This document shows, piece by piece, positions 1 to 14,059 of a stretch of DNA of 64,000 bases. Position numbers and translations under genes: made by a program. Position 1 is the stretch's first letter. Each line of letters starts with the position of its first letter. The stretch comes from Antedon mediterranea (taxonomy: Eukaryota; Animalia; Echinodermata): assembly GCF_964355755.1 (NCBI RefSeq), contig NC_092680.1, positions 15,447,045 through 15,511,044 of the forward strand, given 5' to 3'. The notes beneath the pieces were generated by a model that did not search any database, was not told the origin of the DNA, and saw only the letters and a list, made by a program, of their open reading frames with translations.

Positions 1-524
1 CTCATATATGAGGCTATAGGTTATAGTACGTAGTAGGCCTCTTTTGAAACAGTTTTCTGTATTTTAGAATTAAAATCAACATTTTTTTGGCTTTTCAATA
101 ATAACAGACGTAGGCTACATTTAGTTTTTGTCACACACGACGGCGATAATAGCGACAAATGAAGCATAAAGAAAATGTTAAACGGTTAATCACTGTTTTC
201 GCGATAAAACACGATGAAGTCACACACGTACCACCACCCCATTGGCTGATTATGACGTAATGTATTTTTACCGTATCTTTAGAAAACGGAAGGTTTTATT
301 GGAAATAAATATTCTAGAATTTCCAATGTGTGCATATAAATAGTCCTACGTTGAATTACGTGTGAGTCATTGTTGTGAGGCAGATCACTACAGGTACCGC
401 TACTACCGGTATCTATAAAGGTAAGTTTATTTTGTGTAAATTGATTTTCTTGTCTTGTATCCACTCTTATTTACGGGGGTGTTCATAACTTTGGGTCAAA
501 TGTCACATATGTGTAAGTAAGGTA

Positions 525-796
525 ATTTAAATAATGAATGAAAGACTACTCACAAATGACGTGTGTTTGTGTGACGTGTGATCAAGATAATTAAAATGTC
601 TTTTTAAAATATTGTATTTTTTAAAATTATATTTTTTCTGAGAAAAATTCAGGTAGTTAAATTTAAATAATGAATGAAAGACTACTCACAAATGACATGT
701 GTTTGTGTGACGTGTGATCAAGATAATTAAAATGTCTTTTTAAAATATTGTATTTTTTAAAATTATATTTTTTCTGAGAAAAATTCAGGTAGTTAA
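525..796. repeat. Near-perfect 136-bp tandem duplication upstream of the TBK1 start exon
   Basis: ATTTAAATAATGAATGAAAGACTACTC...CAGGTAGTTAA occurs at 525 and again at 661, with about one mismatch. Confidence 0.9.
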
Positions 797-842
797 ACCC
801 CTATAGTACAAATAATATGTTGTAATTTGTTTATTTGTAAGA

Positions 843-3800
843 ATGTTATCGCGTGTAGAATTAAGAGGTACTAACTCATTTATATGGTGTACACAACATG
901 CGATCGGAAAGGGAGCGACTGCTACTGTCTACATTGGTCGAAATAAAGTAAGTAAGCCAAATTTTTCCACTTGTTTATATAAAGTATACATTTCATGACA
1001 CATAATATTCTAAAACTGTTAGGTAAATTCCCGAATCCCGAGAATAATGAAATGACTAATGGGAATTCCCCTTATTAGTCACGCTAATAGAGGGCGCTAT
1101 ATATAAAAATAACTAAACACTATCTCATACAGGCTAGGTTTAGTGCTTATTTAGTGCGGATAAAAAGTGACAAATTTCATTTTAATTTATTGAATTATTT
1201 GCATATAATAGACATAGTTAATCGTGGTACTTTAAGGCTGTACACAATACAAAACAGTGCAAAATCACGACAAAAAAGGTCGCATCATTCTCTTATATTC
1301 AGTACAATATTTAAATAGTATGCAACATGTGATTGATTGGGTCTTGCAAAATTGAATTTGTTTTTTTAGTATCTTATAAAATATAAATCAAATGTTCTCA
1401 ATTCCAACAAGACGTGGAACATAATTAAAAATAGAATACGTTTTTTCCAACTTATCTTTACCCGGCCCGGAAAATCATATAATACTTACGGTACTGAAAG
1501 TGAGAATACTTTCAAACAAAATACTGTATCACTATTATTATTGTTTTTGTTTTCTATAGAAAACTGGCGAGAAAGTAGCAATGAAAGTATTCAACAACTT
1601 ACCACATGTTCGAACACGTGATACACAGATGAGGGAATTAGAAGTCGTTAGAAAACTGAAACATAAAAACATCGTAGACGTGATTGCCATTGAAGAAGAT
1701 CACGTGTCTAAACAACCAGTCATGGTGATGGAACTGTGTCTCGGCGGCTCGTTATTACAGTATCTTGACAAACCGGCAAACAATTACGGCCTGACAGAGG
1801 ACGAGTTTATACGAGCTTTAAAAGATATAAGTAAGTATGAATAGGCCTAATCATTAAAGATGTATTGTTCCCAAAATCAACAAATTAATTAAAAAAAGAC
1901 TTTGAATAGGCAATTTCGCAGTTTTATTAAAGTTACTCACTTTCGTAGAAAAAAATATATAAATAAATGTTTTCACTTGTAAAAAGAAAAAAAAACGGTT
2001 CAATTTAATCAAAAACCCATTTGTATATTTGACTATTTTTTGCTTTAAATTACAATGTTTTAAGGTACATATTTTTGTTTCAATCCAATTTTGTTAATAA
2101 TTATTATGAAACATTATAATAGAAATTTAACAATTAAACAAGCAATATTTTTTTCAGAGGGACAATATCTTTACCGGCGTTGGGTTATAAAGTCAGTAAC
2201 CATGTAAAATTAGAGTTTAGTTATTAAACTGAAACATATATAAATTATTGTCCCCTTAAAAAGAACATCTTTAAGTATGCCATTTTAATGTCACGTCACT
2301 TTGACAAAAAATTGGATCAGCAAAAAAATTATTTAGTTGAAAAAAAATGTAATTTAAAGCAAACAATAATCTAATTGTGTATTTTCTCTTTTTATAAGTG
2401 AAATCATTATTTTTTTTTATGGAAGTGAATAACGTCATTCAAATTGCAAAAATGACCAATTTAAAGTTTGATTTATAATCTTTATGTCTTAATCAATATG
2501 CAACAGTGCGCCTCTCTCCTCAATGATCTATACACGTCGATCTTAACCAATTTTAAAAACTTTTACCCGTACTCGGCATTGACTGTGAAATCTTATACAC
2601 AGCGATTTAAGACGAAACTACAATAGCGCCACTATACTGTAAGTATTAAAAAAGAACGGTTAATGTACGTACGTGGCCTGGAAACATAGGCATTTTGAAT
2701 AAAAATGACTGCAAACAAAGTATATTTGGCTGCTTTAAAACTGATACTGAGTATCTGATGTTGTCAACTAGATTAGTTTGCATATGTGTCTGATGATACC
2801 ATTAATAGAGAAGACATGGCCACTGTATGATTCCTAGTTCTCCTCTCTTTTTCCAACCAACTCTATCAAAGGATCGAAGATTTAATGAAGTCATCAGTTC
2901 AGTGTAAAGTCAAAGAGATATTTTTGTATTTTTATATAAAATTACGTTTTATGTCAAATTAAAAAATTAATGATTACACAGTGTGTTTCGTAATCGTAAT
3001 CGTCCAATCAAGTGATCATGAACGTTCAAGTGCTCATCGATATCTGATTGCTTGCGGCACCGATCACTCCGGCAATTACTCAATCCGACTGCCACTTCAT
3101 TTTCCATTCTTGTATGGAGGAGAACAGCACCTCCATTTGCCCAGTCTTCCCTCTCTATGTTCTTTCTATTGTTTCAACCATGATTGGGGTACATCTTAGT
3201 TGTGGCATCGGCGGCAGCCCAGTGATCTGTATCCGCAGCATCAATTCTTCTCCAAACTCAAACCTTACTGTGTACTTACATTAACATTATTTCTCTCAAG
3301 CGGATGCGATGAAATACCTACGAAGTATTGGTGTCGTACATCGAGATATTAAGCCTGGGAACATAATGATTGCAAAGGGAGATGACAGTACTCATACGTA
3401 CAAACTAGCAGATTTTGGCGTTGCACGGCAAGTCGAGTACGAAGAGGAGATGCTCCAATCGCTATGTGGAACAGAAGAATATTTGGTAATGACGATGAGC
3501 GTAATTTCTATCTATTTACGCAATTTGAACTGGAATAGTCATTTTACGCTGCGTGCACGATCTGGTAACTGCACATTCATTAAAAAAAACAACAGGATGA
3601 TGTAATTATAATTAGTAACATGAAACCGGCCTGGCAAAAGTTAAGATTGTAGGCTACAAATCTCCCGGCCTCCATTTATTTCTTGCAAAGATGTATTCAA
3701 ACCCCTTTTTTAGCAGAGTTTTGTACTATTAAAGTATTCCTAGCCAGGTGAACTATCATCAACCTTGCTACATATGCAGTGGTCTCCAATTATGTTCCTA

Positions 3801-6800
3801 CACCAGTTCAAAGTAGTATAAACCCAAATAATTAAGCCTAATGGTCAAATTATTAGATGGTAATGGATCATGTCACAATTATTCTACTGCAGTTACATTT
3901 TTGTTTACTCTTTAACCTGTGTATGCATTTATTTAGGAAAATGTTGTTCTCTTCTATTCAGAGACACTACGGTATTTATTGGAGCGAATGGGTCATAAAC
4001 ATCTACATTGAAACGAAAATAAATCGGAACAAAAAGTCAATATAATCCTGTTTTATTTAAAATAAAAATATGACCAAAATATATCTAGTAGGGCCTAGTT
4101 ATTTTTAGCATTGTTTGTTTAAAAATGTATTATATATATTTTTAAATATTAATTTTAGCGTCCTGATGTTTATGGAAGAGCTGTGCTTCATGTAGGAGGT
4201 CAAACTAACTATACAAAAAGCATTGACCTTTGGTCACTTGGAGTGACCTTCTTTCAGACTGCAACTGGTCAATTACCATTTCGACCTTTCGGCGGAAGAC
4301 GAAATAGAGAAATGATGTATGTAATATTCAAAAGTGTCTTTGCCTGTGTGTGGAGATATTATTAAAACGGAGTTCCACTATAGCGACGCAACGCAACGTC
4401 GTATTGACCCAAATTGCTGTATTGGGTAATCACAAGTGGGCACCGACGACGCAACAGTGCTGCAAACATCGTAGGTTTGTTTTCACACAGTCGTGGGCAA
4501 ACACGATTATTGGAAAGGCATTTTCTTACGCATATTGCGTTACGTTGCATCGCTAGTGAGAACCAAGCTTTAGTCACCGCACATAGAGTTACTATACTAA
4601 AGTTTTCACCCTGTTGATTTGGAGAGCTTATTCCATTTAACCGATTGCAAAACCAAGAAGCTTTCAGCTATCTGGAACCAACAATTGTTCATATTCTATT
4701 TGTTTTTACAGGCACTACCTTACAACAAAAAAAGAATTTGGGGTTATAAGTGGTGTACAGCATGATTCCACCACAGGCAGTGTTGAATGGTTTAGAGAAC
4801 TTCCTGAAACGTGTCTCCTTTCCAGGTACAAACATGACACTTTCCAAATTACCTCTTCAGCAACTATGCACAATCCATAAATAAAATTTGTATTTATTTC
4901 AACATATCAAACAGGTATCACAGGTTACAAGATGAATAAACTATATCATACTTTATTAAGTGTCATTGAAGACTAATTCTTACAGAAAAATTATAAATAG
5001 TTGTGAGTTACAACTTTGGATAGTAAGGTCAGGATTGAACCCTAGATCTTAAGATTGGAAGAAAAGTTAACCACCATTATAACAATGCTGTCTTTTGTAT
5101 GTTAAAAAAAACACAAAACTAATTTGCTAGATTTATTTTTTTTTTTTTTTTAGAGGATTTAAACCAATCATTACTCATTTACTTGCAAACCTTTTAGAAA
5201 GTTCTCCAACAAAAGTATGGACATTTGACAAACTGTTTGAATGTACTGATCGCATTCTATCTATGAAACGTTTTGACGTTTTTAATACACAAACGGCAGA
5301 AATGCTAAGCGTGTACATTGCTCCAACTGAGACTTCTGTTGGAATAATGAAGAACATTGAAGATCAAACTGGTATATCCGCAATGAACCAAGTGTTACGC
5401 TGGCAAAATGCAGTGTTTGATATAAACAAGACAATTACATTTACTGATTTACCCAAAACACAACCAGAAACACCATTACTGCTTTATAGTGCTGTTGATA
5501 ATGAATCGAATGTCACTGTTATTTCACAAACACGTAAGTTAATCTTTTTATTTGATAATTTCTTTGATTCTTTGGCATTATTAATAAATGATCAAGGTTG
5601 AAAAAAATTACAGGACTGCCAAATTCGTTTTCTAAGACACACAATAATAAGTATACCTTTCTGAGATAACAAGTAGAGTATATTATTTAAATAATAATAA
5701 AGTGTTTTATCTCTGCCATTAAACAAATAGCTGCGACCAGATCTTTGTGTATCAGAGCCAACTCATTGGTCAGAAAATTTAGCATGTATTCTGTCGATGT
5801 GAAATGTGTTTTATTTAGAACATATTGTGTAAATATGTATTGTGCTATATTATGGTGCAAATATAATCAGGGTACCTTGCGATCTCTCAGTTATGCAACA
5901 ATAATGGGTTAAGAATGTTGTTGCAAAGGCCTCGGCATTGTAGTGCCAGCCTCATGCATACGGAATGTGAATTCCTTCATTTTATGAATTTTTAAGAAAA
6001 TCAATATATAATATGGCCCGATGTGTAGATTCAATTCAAGTGAAAATATCTAAGTCTCAACGAATATCGACAACGTCTAATAAGTCAAAGATGCTCTCCA
6101 GATGGAATGCCATCCTAAGATGATTAGTAGGCCTGGTAGTGATTAGTACAGTCTTGTTTATTTTTAATTCATTTATATGTAATTTTACTCTCTATGGACC
6201 AGAGATTCCAAAATAAAAGATTGAATGAAAAAGAATAAAATACACAGATAAAGGGCTTAATTAATTAATTGCTTTAACTTTTTTTTTATAAATAGCCAAG
6301 GATCCAAATATCCCCTCAGTGTATAATTTGGAAAGTGATGCCCTAAATGCTAAGGTACAGTTTAAATACTTCATTATTATGTTATTGCTTTTACAATGTA
6401 GTTAGTAATCTCTTAAATCAATTCTATTTTTTATGATAACTTTATATTCATTCTGAATCTGTGTATTTACAATATTACTTTTTTTTCCAATTTATTTTCA
6501 GTTGTGCTATGCTAATTTAATCTCCTTTAGTAGAGTTGTTGCAAAAGTCAGTCGAACTCAACATCATATCTGCTTCGCTGCCAACAACCTAGTGTAAGCA
6601 TGTCATTTTTAGGATATTGTAAATGTAAATAGACTGCAACCCACCAAGTTTTCTGACAGTTTATAGTAGAGAGCAAATGCAACTTTCACTACCATCTGTG
6701 TAACGTTTTCAATCGCCAAGTCAGAGCTTTGTTCATCATCTAAACATCTATTGACAGTTCTTTCCCTACACTGCTACATATATTCTTTGAATGTGATCTA

Positions 6801-9800
6801 GTAAAAAAAATATGGGAAAATGTAAAACAATATAATTATGTATCGAAATATCAACAATAACTTAATTATCACCAAAGAAAGTATATGTTTTGGTTTTGGA
6901 AAAACACACAGTGATGCAAATATTCTAATTTTAATTACAAAGTGGTACATATTTAGTTGCAAAATCAAAGAACAATTACTTGATTTTAATCACTTAATGC
7001 ACATTTACCAAAAATACAAAGCAACCATATTATTATTTACAAAATGATTTTTATAAAGTGTATTTTTGCGATACATTATTATTTTTTTTTTCTTTTAATT
7101 CATTACTCTCGTATTTTTTAGAGAGAATTATCGTGTTTCTTCTTATTTGTTTAATAGTTGCGTTATTTTTTACTGATAGATTATTTGAAACACATTGCCA
7201 TTTTCTGTTCGCTTCAACAAGATTTGATTTGATACATTTTTGAAATGGTGCTATATACATTTCTGTCATTATTTTGATTTATTATCATTTAAAGATAATT
7301 ATACATCAACGATATAGGCATAATGTCTTTAATTTATAACAATCAATATAAAAATATTTGTATACAGAAAAATGTACGAGGATCGAGTACGCAGGGTTGA
7401 TTATAAAAAGAGAGAATTGCATATCCTTATGAAGGAGATTGACTGGAAGAGCGGCATGCTATCAAATAGATTGAATAAGAGTCTAATATTTGAGATAGCG
7501 GAAAATGTTGATCCAAGTATTGGGGAATCTAAAAGACGACTGGGTTTAATACACAAACAATTTAGAATAAAAATGTCTGTGTATGAAGAAGAGGTAAGAA
7601 TATTGAATCAGACAATCACTTAAATTTTTATAGCACACCTGAGTGTATTCTTGTCATTTGATTGGTTATTTACGCATCACATGTGTTCATTATTTTGCAC
7701 AAATGAAGGATGAGTAGTCACGTTTGAACATATTGTTATCCTACTCATCCAATAACGATCTTGAATGCTAACGTGTAGCGATTTAACCTCTCTCTCTTTA
7801 AAATGTGTAATCAAGATCCCAGTTTGTTTTTCTCCCGTTTTACGTGACTTACACTGGTTGCCAGTAGATCAGCACATTCGTTTTAAAATCCTGTTGCTGA
7901 CATATAAGGCCATCAACGGATGTGCTCCAGCCTACATATGTGACATCATTACTCCGTCAACCAACTCTTCGCTTCGTTCATCCAGCAGACTTCTTCTTAA
8001 ACCTGGACCCCGTTCCAGAACTCGGTTTTACGGTGATCGTGCTTTCGCTGTCGCAGCCCCCAAACTCTGGAACACTCTACCCCTCGAAATACGCTCATCA
8101 AAATCTGTTATCACATTTAAAACTAAACTCAAAACTCATCTCTTCAGAGAAGTATAATCGCACGCTACTACTTGCACAGATCTTGGAAACACAGCGCTTT
8201 GAAACCTTTGTCTCTTGCGCTTTATAAATGTTATTTATTATTATTATTATTATTGTTTCGATGGGAAATAAGAATTTATGTAAAATGTTACTTTGCTTGT
8301 TTAGATTGAGCTTATTGTGAGCAGGTAACTTACATCGCTGAATTAATAGTTAAATTATAATTTACTGAAAGTTATATTAGTCTGATTATCAGATTATTAC
8401 TACATGGATCCATTACAGATCTTGATTGGCTGAGCTGAGCTGAGTTACCACTCATCCTTCATAATGAACAGCATGACTGTGATGAATAATTTACTGACAT
8501 GACAAATTGCAATAACTAGATGGTACGCTCGCTTCGCTCGCGTACCATCTAGGTCGTGCCCACAGATGGTTCTCGAATACATAATAATTTCAGCGTTAAA
8601 AAACTGCCGATTTCAAATGTACGTACCGCAGGACAATAATACATGTCGTTTACAGGAACGAATAAATAGACACTGTGATTTATGTACTGAACTAAAATTA
8701 GCACCCTGGGAATTACTTCCGAAAGAGAAACTTGTCACAAAATGAGACCAATTGTTTAAGTCAAATTTAAACAAACTTAATTTGTGTTTTGTATGTAACA
8801 GGGTTGAGGGATAGGAAAGAGGATGGGTGTAAAGAGGAACACTTTTTAAATATATTCTTTATCCATGTAGTAACGAAATATTAATTGTTTTCATGTTTTA
8901 CAAATAATATACCACTAAACACAGTAAAACATTGCAATGTAATACTTTGTTGAAACTATCACCGTCCTAGTCGATTGAAATAGTACAGTACATTTAACGA
9001 TACATCACTACGACGTGTATATGTTTATTCGTGGTAAATCATAAATTTGATTTAATTTTCAATAAATATTAAATTATCTAACTCAACTTAATTAGTAGGC
9101 CTAATGGTTTTCAATTGTTTCTTAGAGCCAATTCATACTTAAGTTGGTTCCTACCCTACCCACCAAAGTTGTTCTGCGTTTAGGGCATGTGATGCACCGT
9201 AGGCCTATCCTCTACTGGCTTTACAACACTACTCATGCCAGTGTAGTGAGGGAAGGGTGATGATGTCACGTGGGTGGTTTAACTGCAATAATAAAGATTT
9301 GTACATAATATACGGCGACTGAAAACGCTAGCTCATTATCCGTTTAAAAAAATCTATATCCAACCTCTGCAGCACAGATTGAAAAAAAAATGGATCGAAT
9401 TTCTGTTATGAGTATACAGTACTTGCCTTTACGACACCTGAAGGAATAGACACTTGTGGAACAGAGATTGGAATGTTCCATTCATTTCAAATCAATACAT
9501 TTGTATAAACGTATATTAAATCTATCAAAATAGTATTTTTTAAAGAAAATCGGCCTGTCTTCAACATTATGATGTTGTACTCAAGCTGTTCAACCGGTTT
9601 TCAGCCATTAAAAACAATTATCGTAGGAAGAGATAGGAAAATGCGAAGCATCCTCGTATTATTGTCTGCGGGTATTTTTCAAGATGGACATACATTAGAC
9701 AGTGTATACCACGATCGGAAAACGCCCCTATTTGGGGCAAATCGTTGAACCTAAATTCGTTTTAATCGTCAATAACTAATTATCGAACTCAAATTAATTA

Positions 9801-12800
9801 GTAAACAGGGTTACACCAGGTGGTTAAAATCAGTACCGAAAGTACGAACCAACTTAATATACCATCGAGTAAAAATTATAGAAGTAAGGCGTGATTTACC
9901 GAATTTTGCCTTTACGTAAATTTATATATAGATACGTTCAGATGTGTTATATATTAAGTTCATTATTATGATGCTTTTTGGATTTAACAATACTTTTGGC
10001 AATAACACATATTTTATTAATTCTTTCAGTTGAAACCATGTATTACAGAAAGGTTTGACAAACTGAAATTATTAGCAACAAAAACATTTCCACATAAATT
10101 GGGTGAAGATATATGTAACGAAGACGATAATTGGTAAGACAAATTAAGTGTTAAATAAAACATTTGTTGTCAGTTGTGATAATAAAAATAATATGAAAAT
10201 AATATCGATAAAATTGTAAACTTTACTTTCAAAGAATCTTATACATGTTTACAGTTAAGGTAGCCTAATAATAAGTATGGAAAGTGTCATGCAGGACCAA
10301 GTTATGTTGTCTAAAGAAATGTTGTAGTATATCTATGTTTGTGCTTTTTTTTATCGATTACTTCATAAATGTTACATTTTATCTATTTCAAAAATCTGTC
10401 AGAAGACTTAAATTGCTTTCATTTATAAATCTTTTCAGAATGTACACCTCCATATCATATATATATGGAGACACAAGTGCTATCCTTGTTACCATGCCAA
10501 TAATTGCGTTTTTTTTGTTTATGTCTGCGCTTGGAAAGTCTGGTATCAAAATGAAATAAAATCATTTACATTACACATTTTCCTATAAAATGGGTTATAA
10601 AATGACCTAATTATGATATGACTTATTATTAAATTAATTCAATTCGATCTTGTTTTTAGTGTAAATAGATTAGAAGTAATAGTAGAAAATGTTCACGAGA
10701 TTTATGACCAATTTAGTGAGGATAGAAAACAGAAAAGACTACAATATAACGAAGAACAAATTCACAAGATGGATAAGTAAGTGCTGTACCTTTTATAGTT
10801 AATAGTGAGATTCACCTTTCATTTTTAAAGATATATTGCCTCAAAACATGAACAATAAAGCTGAATAAAACAATTTGTATTAGGTTATTTTTTGTTTTAC
10901 TCAAGTTAATTTACTTTTTGCAAAAAGGAAAAAAAAATGGTGTTGTTTATGAAAACTGTTACTTTACCAGATTCCCATTTTCAATTAAATTACAGTAAAT
11001 CGGGTGAATAATTTGTTTTAATCCAATTTGGTCAAAGAAATAATAATTATTAGGCCTATGTGACATTGAAATATCCCATAATGAATAATACAAGTAGGTG
11101 TAAGAATATTTTCAGAAAATGTTTCATTGTGAAATAATAAGAATAAACCCTTTTTTGTTCAAGAAATGATGATATGAATAATAATAATAGTGTTATTCCT
11201 TACAGACAGAAGTTAAAATTTAAATATATTCAGGGTACAAGCCTTCTTCGAGATCATTGTGAACCTAAACTTAAGAAATTACACAGTCATTTTAATAATT
11301 GGTACAGGTATGTATTGTTTTTATTGTTATCGTCTATAGTTTTTAAACACAATTATGAGTGAAATATAAGAGGGTGAAAAAAGAGCATAATATTTGCGCA
11401 TATAACACTCATTTTGATTAAATTTATACACTAGTAAAATGTTATGTTTTTTTTTCAGAGTTGTAAATAATTGTATGAAATCACTTCAGTGTGTAGAGAG
11501 AGATATTGAACAATTATCTTCAGAATGTGCTGGTGTTATACGGAAGTTAAACCAGGTGAACATTTTTTTGCTCTCTGTACTGTCTTTGTTTTTATAATAA
11601 TTTAACCAACATAGTCAACAGAAATACTATTTTAACAAAACAAACATTAATTAATAAATCAATAATTTATACTATTAGCCAGTTTTGAAAACATAATATT
11701 CGGGTGACATACTGACACGCATCCTCTTCTCGCCTTTAAAACGTATTTAATATTTCTCATACTTCTAATGACTCTAGTTAATTAAAGTAATGTTGTTATA
11801 TCCTTTTAGGTGGAACTTGAGGTAAACAGTGCCATCGTGTCGACTAACGCAACTGTTAGTTCACTGTTAAATGCATTAGCGAATGAATTAAATCGATCAC
11901 AACATCAGATTGAAATGCTGACCAAGAATTTGGCCGATGCTGTAAGTATTATTGAAGTTATTAAGTATACTAATGGTAATACGATATATAATTTAATAAT
12001 ATATAATTCACAAAATTGTTAAATTTGTAGTTAACCTCGAGCTATATGAGTAGGCTCATAGAAAAGATTTATTGAAATATAAGATGATCAATGTTTTATT
12101 TGTAAAAAAAAAATTAATTAATAATTAATTCACATAAACACGCTTTATTATAACATTTAATCTTTATCATTTGATTAGAGGAGTGTAAGTCACATGATAT
12201 TTAGTAATACTACAATGAACCCATGTGACACGATTGTGCATTTTTGTTACATGTGCTAATGTGTGACGTGCGCGCGTTCATTTATGCAATCGCGACTCGA
12301 CCTTTGACATCTATATTAGGTTATATTATTATGTAAAATATTAGTGCAATAAAACAAATATTTTCGGTGAAAGATGAAATGTTGTATTTTCACCCCATGA
12401 AAATATTTGTAAGTCTACCATTGCACTAATAAACATTTATTATTTATCATAGTTGTATAGTATCAAAAATTACCACAAAGGTCTTGTAAACTAATTGTAT
12501 CTTTTGTCATTTGACTAAAAACTTTATTCTTTATAATTTATTTAGGACGTATCAAGACTTAGTGTAAAAAAGCAATCGGAATGTGAACCAGTGTTTGTCA
12601 CTCGCCAGATACGTGTGCCTAAACACATCAAAGAACAGTAAGATTGAACAAATTTTTCCTGCATCCATTCTTTTAATCCCTCATCTCAATCATCAGTGTT
12701 ACCACTGCCTTTTTATTTTTTTTAGGTTTTTGTCAATGAGAAGTGATTTGAAGAAGACAAAGCAGGATATATCAGAAAGTGCTACTATACTAGAAGAACT

Positions 12801-12843
12801 GAGATATGAAGAAGATAAACTGAAACTAGTGACAGTAAATTGA
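843..12843 (+). CDS. TBK1: TBK1/IKKepsilon-family Ser/Thr kinase, 16 coding exons, ~783 aa
   Basis: Phase-compatible GT-AG exons: 843-947 ([16 protein letters not shown]-loop), 1560-1830 ([14 protein letters not shown]), 3301-3485 ([20 protein letters not shown]), 4159-4316 ([16 protein letters not shown]), 4712-4825, 5154-5533 (ubiquitin-like domain), 6296-6354, 6502-6593, 7368-7593, 10030-10133, 10660-10776 ([17 protein letters not shown]1 scaffold signature), 11206-11307, 11459-11555, 11810-11941, 12546-12637, 12726-12843 (TGA). Total 2352 nt, in frame. Confidence 0.93.
1052..1071. promoter_or_regulatory. Candidate NF-kB site (GGGAATTCCC) with adjacent AP-1-like TGACTAA, first coding intron of TBK1
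   Basis: Perfect palindromic kB consensus at 1061-1070, with ATGACTAAT immediately upstream. Motif match only. Confidence 0.4.
4366..4570. mobile_element. MITE, PIF/Harbinger (Tourist)-like, same family as 37696-37874
   Basis: Degenerate TIRs (..CCACTATAGCGACGCAACGCAACG / CGTTACGTTGCATCGCTAGTGAGAACCAAGCT) with TAA/TTA flanks. Confidence 0.6.
7822..8254 (+). mobile_element. 5'-truncated LINE 3' end (L2/CR1-group) in a TBK1 intron
   Basis: ORF ends [50 protein letters not shown], the typical L2-clade C-terminus, followed by a short 3' UTR and a (TTA)n tail. Confidence 0.85.
8516..9932 (-). mobile_element. Non-autonomous Helitron (~1.4 kb) in a TBK1 intron
   Basis: On the minus strand it starts TCTATATATAAA (9932), ends with a terminal hairpin plus CTAG (+ strand: CTAGATGGTACGC-TCGCTTCGCTC-GCGTACCATCTAG, 8516-8552), and sits between A and T. 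Confidence 0.7.
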
Positions 12844-13099
12844 TAGTGGTTGTTTAAGCAATAGTTTTCTCAATGTCGCCCAACACTTTTGCTTAAGATA
12901 AGGTATAACGTGGGCTATGGCAGATCTATAAATTACAGGGAAATTAGGGAATGGATAGGAAGTGGGAAGGCGGTGATGTAGGTAGGCAAAAAAGTAGATA
13001 TAAAATTAGAATTAACGTTTAGCATTGTACACATATTTTGTTTGTGTATTTTATTGGACAGTATGAAATGACAGGTTTTGGTAAAAAGTGTGCCACAGT

Positions 13100-13812
13100 T
13101 ACGAAAACTGATGATGACAAAAAAATGGCCTGTGATCTTAATGCAATTTATTTACGTTTCGATGCTCAAGGTTTTAAACGATAGATGTCAAATTAAAAAT
13201 AATATTAAAAAAACTATGTCAGTTGAAAACGTTACAATAGGGAAAGAAGATCTTAAATGTGTTTTTATAAAAGTAAATCCATGAAAAGAAGAAGGTCCAG
13301 ATGGCGTCAGTGGTAACGTAATTAAGGAATTTAATGTGCAATTATCGCATGTTTTTTCTATTTATATAAATGGCCACTTAGATTACATAAGATACCTACT
13401 ATTTGGAAACGCTCACTCATACGTCCACTGGCAAAAAGTATTAATCCTAAGACGCTAAATGACTATATACCTATTGCGCTCAAAACTGTGCCTATGAAAT
13501 GTCTTGATTGTTAAAAGTGAAATCGTTGATGATGTTGGTAGTTTTTTAGATTCTTACCAATTTGCATATCGTTCACATATGGCTGTAGCTGATGATGCCG
13601 TTACTACATTAATACATAACTTGCTTGCTCGTTTCGATTGTGCTAAAACTTATGCTAGAGTTTTATTTCTTGATTTTTCGTCCACTTTTAATACTATACA
13701 ACCAAATATTTTAATGAAGAGAATGAATATTTTAGGTGTTAACTAGTCTACCATTTCATGGATGAGAAACTCGTTTCTTCCTACTGCAATGAGGCAATTC
13801 AATGAAACTTGA
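13100..13812 (+). mobile_element. Decayed Rex1/Babar-like LINE RT fragment with an internal deletion
   Basis: GPDGVSG..IPTIWK..LNDY.PIAL..LDSYQFAYR..YARVLFLDFSSTFNTIQP with stops and frameshifts, joined directly to the C-terminal RNSFLPTAMRQFN. Confidence 0.8.
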
Positions 13813-14059
13813 AAACATTGATAATTTTATGCTATCCCTTACACACACCAATCTTGCTTGTATTTTGTATTTTAAAGGATGTGTTTTATCGGCATTTCAA
13901 ACGATGTGTTTTATTTTGTATTTTACCAAATTTTAACCTTCACCTTTAACCTGAATTTTTAACTTAAATAATTTCAAACTACGTACATATTTTACTATGT
14001 TTGACCATGAATAAATTAATACTGAATATTGTACACAATGCTGTTTTAGGTATTTTTTG

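Noticed and set aside
381-425. TTGTATTGIYKG, which resembles a kinase G-loop exon
   Set aside because: Its phase is incompatible with the 1560 exon, and the real G-loop exon is 843-947. The donor at 421 more likely ends a non-coding first exon.
2981-3284. Overlapping ORFs in a GC-richer patch of a TBK1 intron
   Set aside because: No protein similarity was recognised. It is probably a decayed minus-strand retroelement 3' end with an (ATCGTA)n tail, but too degenerate to call.
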